The translations under genes were made by a program, and so were the position numbers. A DNA stretch of 64,000 nt, from the NCBI RefSeq assembly GCF_009914755.1, contig NC_060932.1. One strand, 5' to 3'. Every line of letters starts with the position of its first letter. The first letter of the stretch is position 1. This document shows, in pieces, positions 58,852 through 64,000 of this stretch. Below the pieces are notes generated by a model. The model made no database searches. It worked only from the letters and a program-made list of their open reading frames with translations, and was not told where the DNA came from. This DNA comes from the human T2T-CHM13v2.0 reference genome, Homo sapiens.

Positions 58852-60699
58852 GGGTTACATGTTTGGTGAAATCTAAAGCTCTGTGGATTGTACCAATGTC
58901 AATTTCCTAGCAAAACTGTGCTATAGTTATACAAGATGTTAACATCTGGTGAGGTTAGGTGAAAGTTGAATGGGATCTCCCTGTCCATTTCTTTGCAACT
59001 TCTTGTGAATCTGTGACTATTTCCAAGTAGAAAGTTAATAAAATAAAATAACAAGGTAATAAGCAAGATGAGAAAGAAAGAAGTGCAGCTGATGCTCTCA
59101 AATCTTTCTGAAGTCTGTTGAAAGAGACACAATCTTTGGAAAACAATGTGGCATAATATTTTTGCCCAAACTTTTCCCCTGGAAGTCTCCCTTTTGGGAC
59201 CTCTAAGGATATTATCCTAAATAAGAAAAACAACCTACATGCAAGAGGAATTTTTATGGTGTTATTTGTAGTAACAAAAAATATTGGATGCAATTTAATT
59301 TTCCAGCACAAGGGGAAGGATTAATGACATCAAGATGCACATCTAGCCAGGGAAATACCAGCTGCCATTAAATGTGATGTTGAAAAATACAAAATTGCAA
59401 GAGGAGAAATGCCTCGGTTAGTAAAATGGTAGAAAATCAGGAGACCAAATAGTATGTATTACCTTTATGTAATATGGGAAGAGGGAAAAGGAAATATGTA
59501 AGAATGACATGTATGTTGGTATAATGAAAATCTGGGATTTTTTCTTTTTTGTATGTTCCACATTTTTAAAATACAATTTTATTTTTAGAACTATAAATAA
59601 CAAAATAAAATCCTCCTTCACTTGCTTGAGAACATTTATCACTTTGAGCAGACTCAGGTATTTAGCTTTAAATAATATCCTGGCTCCAGGGGCTTAGGGA
59701 AGAGACACAGAGGGCAAGCTGAAAAGTACACAGATCATTCTTACCTGTTTTTGATCACGCCTATATTGGAGAAAGGGTGAGTATTCTCTGTCTTCTACAT
59801 TCTACTTCACATAGCCCAGAACCCAGCTGAGCACATTATTTACAATCATGATTCAGCTATGTGAAGGGAACTCTGTGCCGTGTGTGCTGGTCTGGGTCTC
59901 TGATCACCACTCATGATCTTGTTTCCGAATTCCAAATCATTGTCAACAAAATCGACAAGACCACCATCTTTCCTTGGCAGCAAAATATGAAGGCTACTGT
60001 CTGCTTTCTATTGATAACAAAAATCTTGCGCATAGGATATCCCTAGTGAAAACAGATGCATCATACAGCCTTCTAGGTGTGAACTTTTAAATAATTTATC
60101 AGTTTCTTAATAAATAAATACTAATGATAATTTTAGTCTCTCTTTATGCTGACCTTTTAATGTGGATCCCACACTCTTTTGTACGTGGCATGTATGTTTG
60201 ATAAACACGGGTATTGATCCCTCCCCACTTCATAAAAATCAAATTGGATTTCAAAGCATCCCATGTGACTGTAGCCAGGACGATGAAAATTTATTGGATG
60301 TTATGAATCCTGATATTTGCCCGGAAAAAGCTGGCCAAGCAGGAGGTACGTGTCTGGGAGTAACAATGCTCATAGTACTCTACTTTCCCTTTATAGTACG
60401 TGATACTTTGTACATGTATATTTAATTGTGCAGTTGTTTAATGTCTCTCTCCTCCACCCCGTTTGAAGCCCCAAAAGAAGGTGATCACGTCTCTTTTCTT
60501 CGCTGCAACGTTCGAGTCGCCTAATATATTACCCTGCTTATACCTGACAAAAATGCACTGAAATAATAAAAATGACAGTACAGGTAGATGGGATAGTCTT
60601 CAGGCTGTCAGAGTAGAGAGAAAACATTAATATTTATGAGAATCAATTATGTATTAGGCACTGTGGGTTTTTTCCTCATTTAATTTGTACTACAATCTT

Positions 60700-61396
<697 letters not shown>

Positions 61397-64000
61397 TAGC
61401 TATTTGGATCACTTTTGAAGTAACTAAATCGAAGTTCAGAGGCGTTGAGCTATTTATCCAAGGCTGCATAGCTTATCTTGTAAGTCAGGTGCGTCTAACC
61501 TTAAATACTTATTTTTTTTTTCTATATCTTACTGCCAATTTAAGCCCCACTGGAAGAAAATTAATAATAAAGTATCCTTTACAATGGACTGGAAAATAAT
61601 TGTGGGGTCATCTGTGGAATCAGTATAATGGAGAAAAGAGCCTAATGTGGTAAATATATATTTTATAAAGTCCTTACCTCAAAGATTCACAAACTAGGAG
61701 ACAGCTGACTGTATTGGGGCTGAATTCCAGCCACCACTGAGTGATTGAAGAAAGGACAGAGAAAGCCCCGATCTTAGAAACACTGTCTTTGAGAAAGAAA
61801 CTTATTTCAGGGGGCAGTGTGGAACGTTCCTGATGCCACAGTAAAGATGTGCACTGGATTTTTCATTCGGTAACTCTCCTGAATCCCATTTGGGTTATAA
61901 TACAGCAGCTTTGAAAGACTGAAGAACTTTTATGTTATAATGACTGGAGTAGTTAAAATGTTTTAAATCTGCAAAACCGAGTGTCAGATTCAGCATTACA
62001 TCTTTATTTTATCCTCAAACATGCCTGCTTAAAACAAATGGATGGTAAAGCCCATTCGCACTCCACTGAGGAACAAAGAACACTGGGCAGGGTGCCAGTC
62101 ACCTTGAAAGGACCAGCTAGGTGTCAAGCCAGATGTGAGAATGCAAAACTGAACAACACAGTCACTATTTTCATGCTGCTAACATTGCAGCTGAGCGATT
62201 ATAGACAGTAATCAAACTCTCGCCAAAATCCTCTGAATAAAAGTCTGACCAAGAACTAGAAATGAGAATGACTCTGCTCCATTGCTGACTAGCATTATTA
62301 TTTACATGAAGACTTAGGGAGAGAAGTAATCACATACATTATGTTCCTTGAGGAGAGAACAGATTTTTCTTTGCAAGTCTAATTCCTTTTGTTTGTCTTG
62401 AAAAACAATGGAAATAAAAAGGCAATAGGCAGAAAGGACAGTGAGGATTTATTTAGCTAAAAATTTTATACTGCTTGCCTATTTCCAAGAGGAGGTTAAA
62501 ACACATATTAAAACATGTGAGTTCAGTGACATTCCTCCAATAGCATAAAAATTAATTATAGAGTTAAACATAAGCCAATTCTGTCTTTGAGCTCTATTTA
62601 GCAAGGATGAAATATGGTTTAGAAGCTGCCCAACTTCAAGTACTCCTACAGCACACATTTGATGAGTTGACTGTAAGTGAATTAGAAACATACGGATTTC
62701 ATTTTCTTTGCAATACATATGAGCTTAAAAATCAAATGGAACAGGGATTGTCAAAACATATTCTGGGAAAAGCCTGGTACAGTGTTTCTCTCAATCAAAC
62801 CCAATGAAATTACTTTCATTTTTTCCTCGTGAATTCCAGTAATAACTTGGCACAGCATTGAATTTTACTTTTCCCTATTTTAAAGTTTCGTTTGAGGATT
62901 ACCCGTTACTTTAAAATGGACACTTTATGGGTGACCATTGCATTGCTTACTATTTTCTATTGAATACATGAGACTTAAAAAATTCTGTGTTCAGATTTAT
63001 TAATTTAAATGGAAATGAGGTTGACTATGCTTGCTTTCTTTAGGGGTAAGCGGATGGGTGGGAATAAAACATTTTATTTATATAAAATCAACTACCGTGT
63101 TTGAAAGGGGATTCAAGCGTGTGGATCTTGCCGTATTTTTCCTGTGTTTGCTGTAGAGTTTCATATCCAAATGTTGTCCTACATGTTGATTTAATTGACC
63201 ACAATTTTCAACTGCAAACTTTTGGAGAGCAGAGACTGTGTAAGTTTTATCCATCAGTATGGTGTTTAGAAAGCCCATCGTTCTCTACGGATTGGGTAAT
63301 GACCCATGCAATTACATTAAAAGAATTTTCTAAGCATTATAAGCCTACATTTATTTTTGAAAACCTCAAAACCCCAATAATTCATTATTCCTTTATTACA
63401 AAGTTTAATTTTTAAGCGCCAGCCATATGTCAGCTTCTTTCAGAATCCAATAGCGTTTCTTTCACTCTCATAAAATCAAGTTACCACGATTAAGATTTAT
63501 TTTAAGGAAAGTGGTTTAGGTCTTATAGATTTTCCTAGAGACATTATTTATTATTAGCCTGACATTTATTTGCAGGATGGCATCAAACTACTCTTAACTG
63601 TCTATAGCAGAGAATTTGTCACGGGTGGGTCTCTGAATAAGAGAGCATATCCCATTCTGCACCCTTTATCTCAACCATCTGCTGAGATGCAGTGTATACA
63701 GGACATGGAGCAAAAACTGATTAGCCTTCAGGCATTCCAGCTAGTGGATATTTACAGTGTTTTTCACTTAGGTGTTTGCTAAGAGGAGAAACTTGAACTA
63801 AGTTATCAAAAGAATTGCCCAACACACATGACTTGTCAACTGGTTTTTGACACCTGCGTCAACACCAGATAGAAAGCAATGATTGCAATTCACCAGTCAC
63901 ACCCCTCCACACGCCCCTTAGTATCACTAATCACAGGGCTGCCAGATGGGATGAACAGTTCAAATTTACTTTATTTTTTCTTAAATTTTGTTTGAATCTT

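Noticed and set aside
61600-64000. ADAM pseudogene or SLC7A2 sequence expected in this chromosomal neighbourhood
   Set aside because: No metalloprotease, disintegrin or transporter-like translation was recognised in the window.

Overview
Primate (very likely human) genomic DNA, AT-rich and dominated by interspersed repeats. The only protein-coding sequence I can support is the first coding exon of MTMR7 (myotubularin-related protein 7, minus strand): a 24-nt exon encoding MEHIRTPK at 10563-10540, inside a CpG-island promoter (~10.05-11.15 kb). Bases 1-10539 are MTMR7 intron 1. Bases ~11.2-64 kb are upstream or intergenic sequence containing about 25 Alus, several L1M/L1P fragments, L2/MIR/L3 relics, DNA-transposon MITEs, an ERVL pol remnant and about 12 solo LTRs. 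Nearly all ORFs in the supplied track are repeat-derived or GC-artefact frames. I see no novel protein-coding system. The best leads are: (1) a cluster of near-consensus plus-strand splice signals just downstream of an MLT2 LTR, suggesting a possible LTR-associated spliced transcript; (2) a triple-nested, convergent THE1A/THE1A/Alu structure; (3) a 43-bp inverted templated insertion copied from 1.5 kb away; (4) small tandem duplications that double p53, octamer and AP-2 motifs; and (5) a pure (GAA)20 Alu tail. Repeat subfamily names are from remembered consensus sequences and boundaries are approximate.
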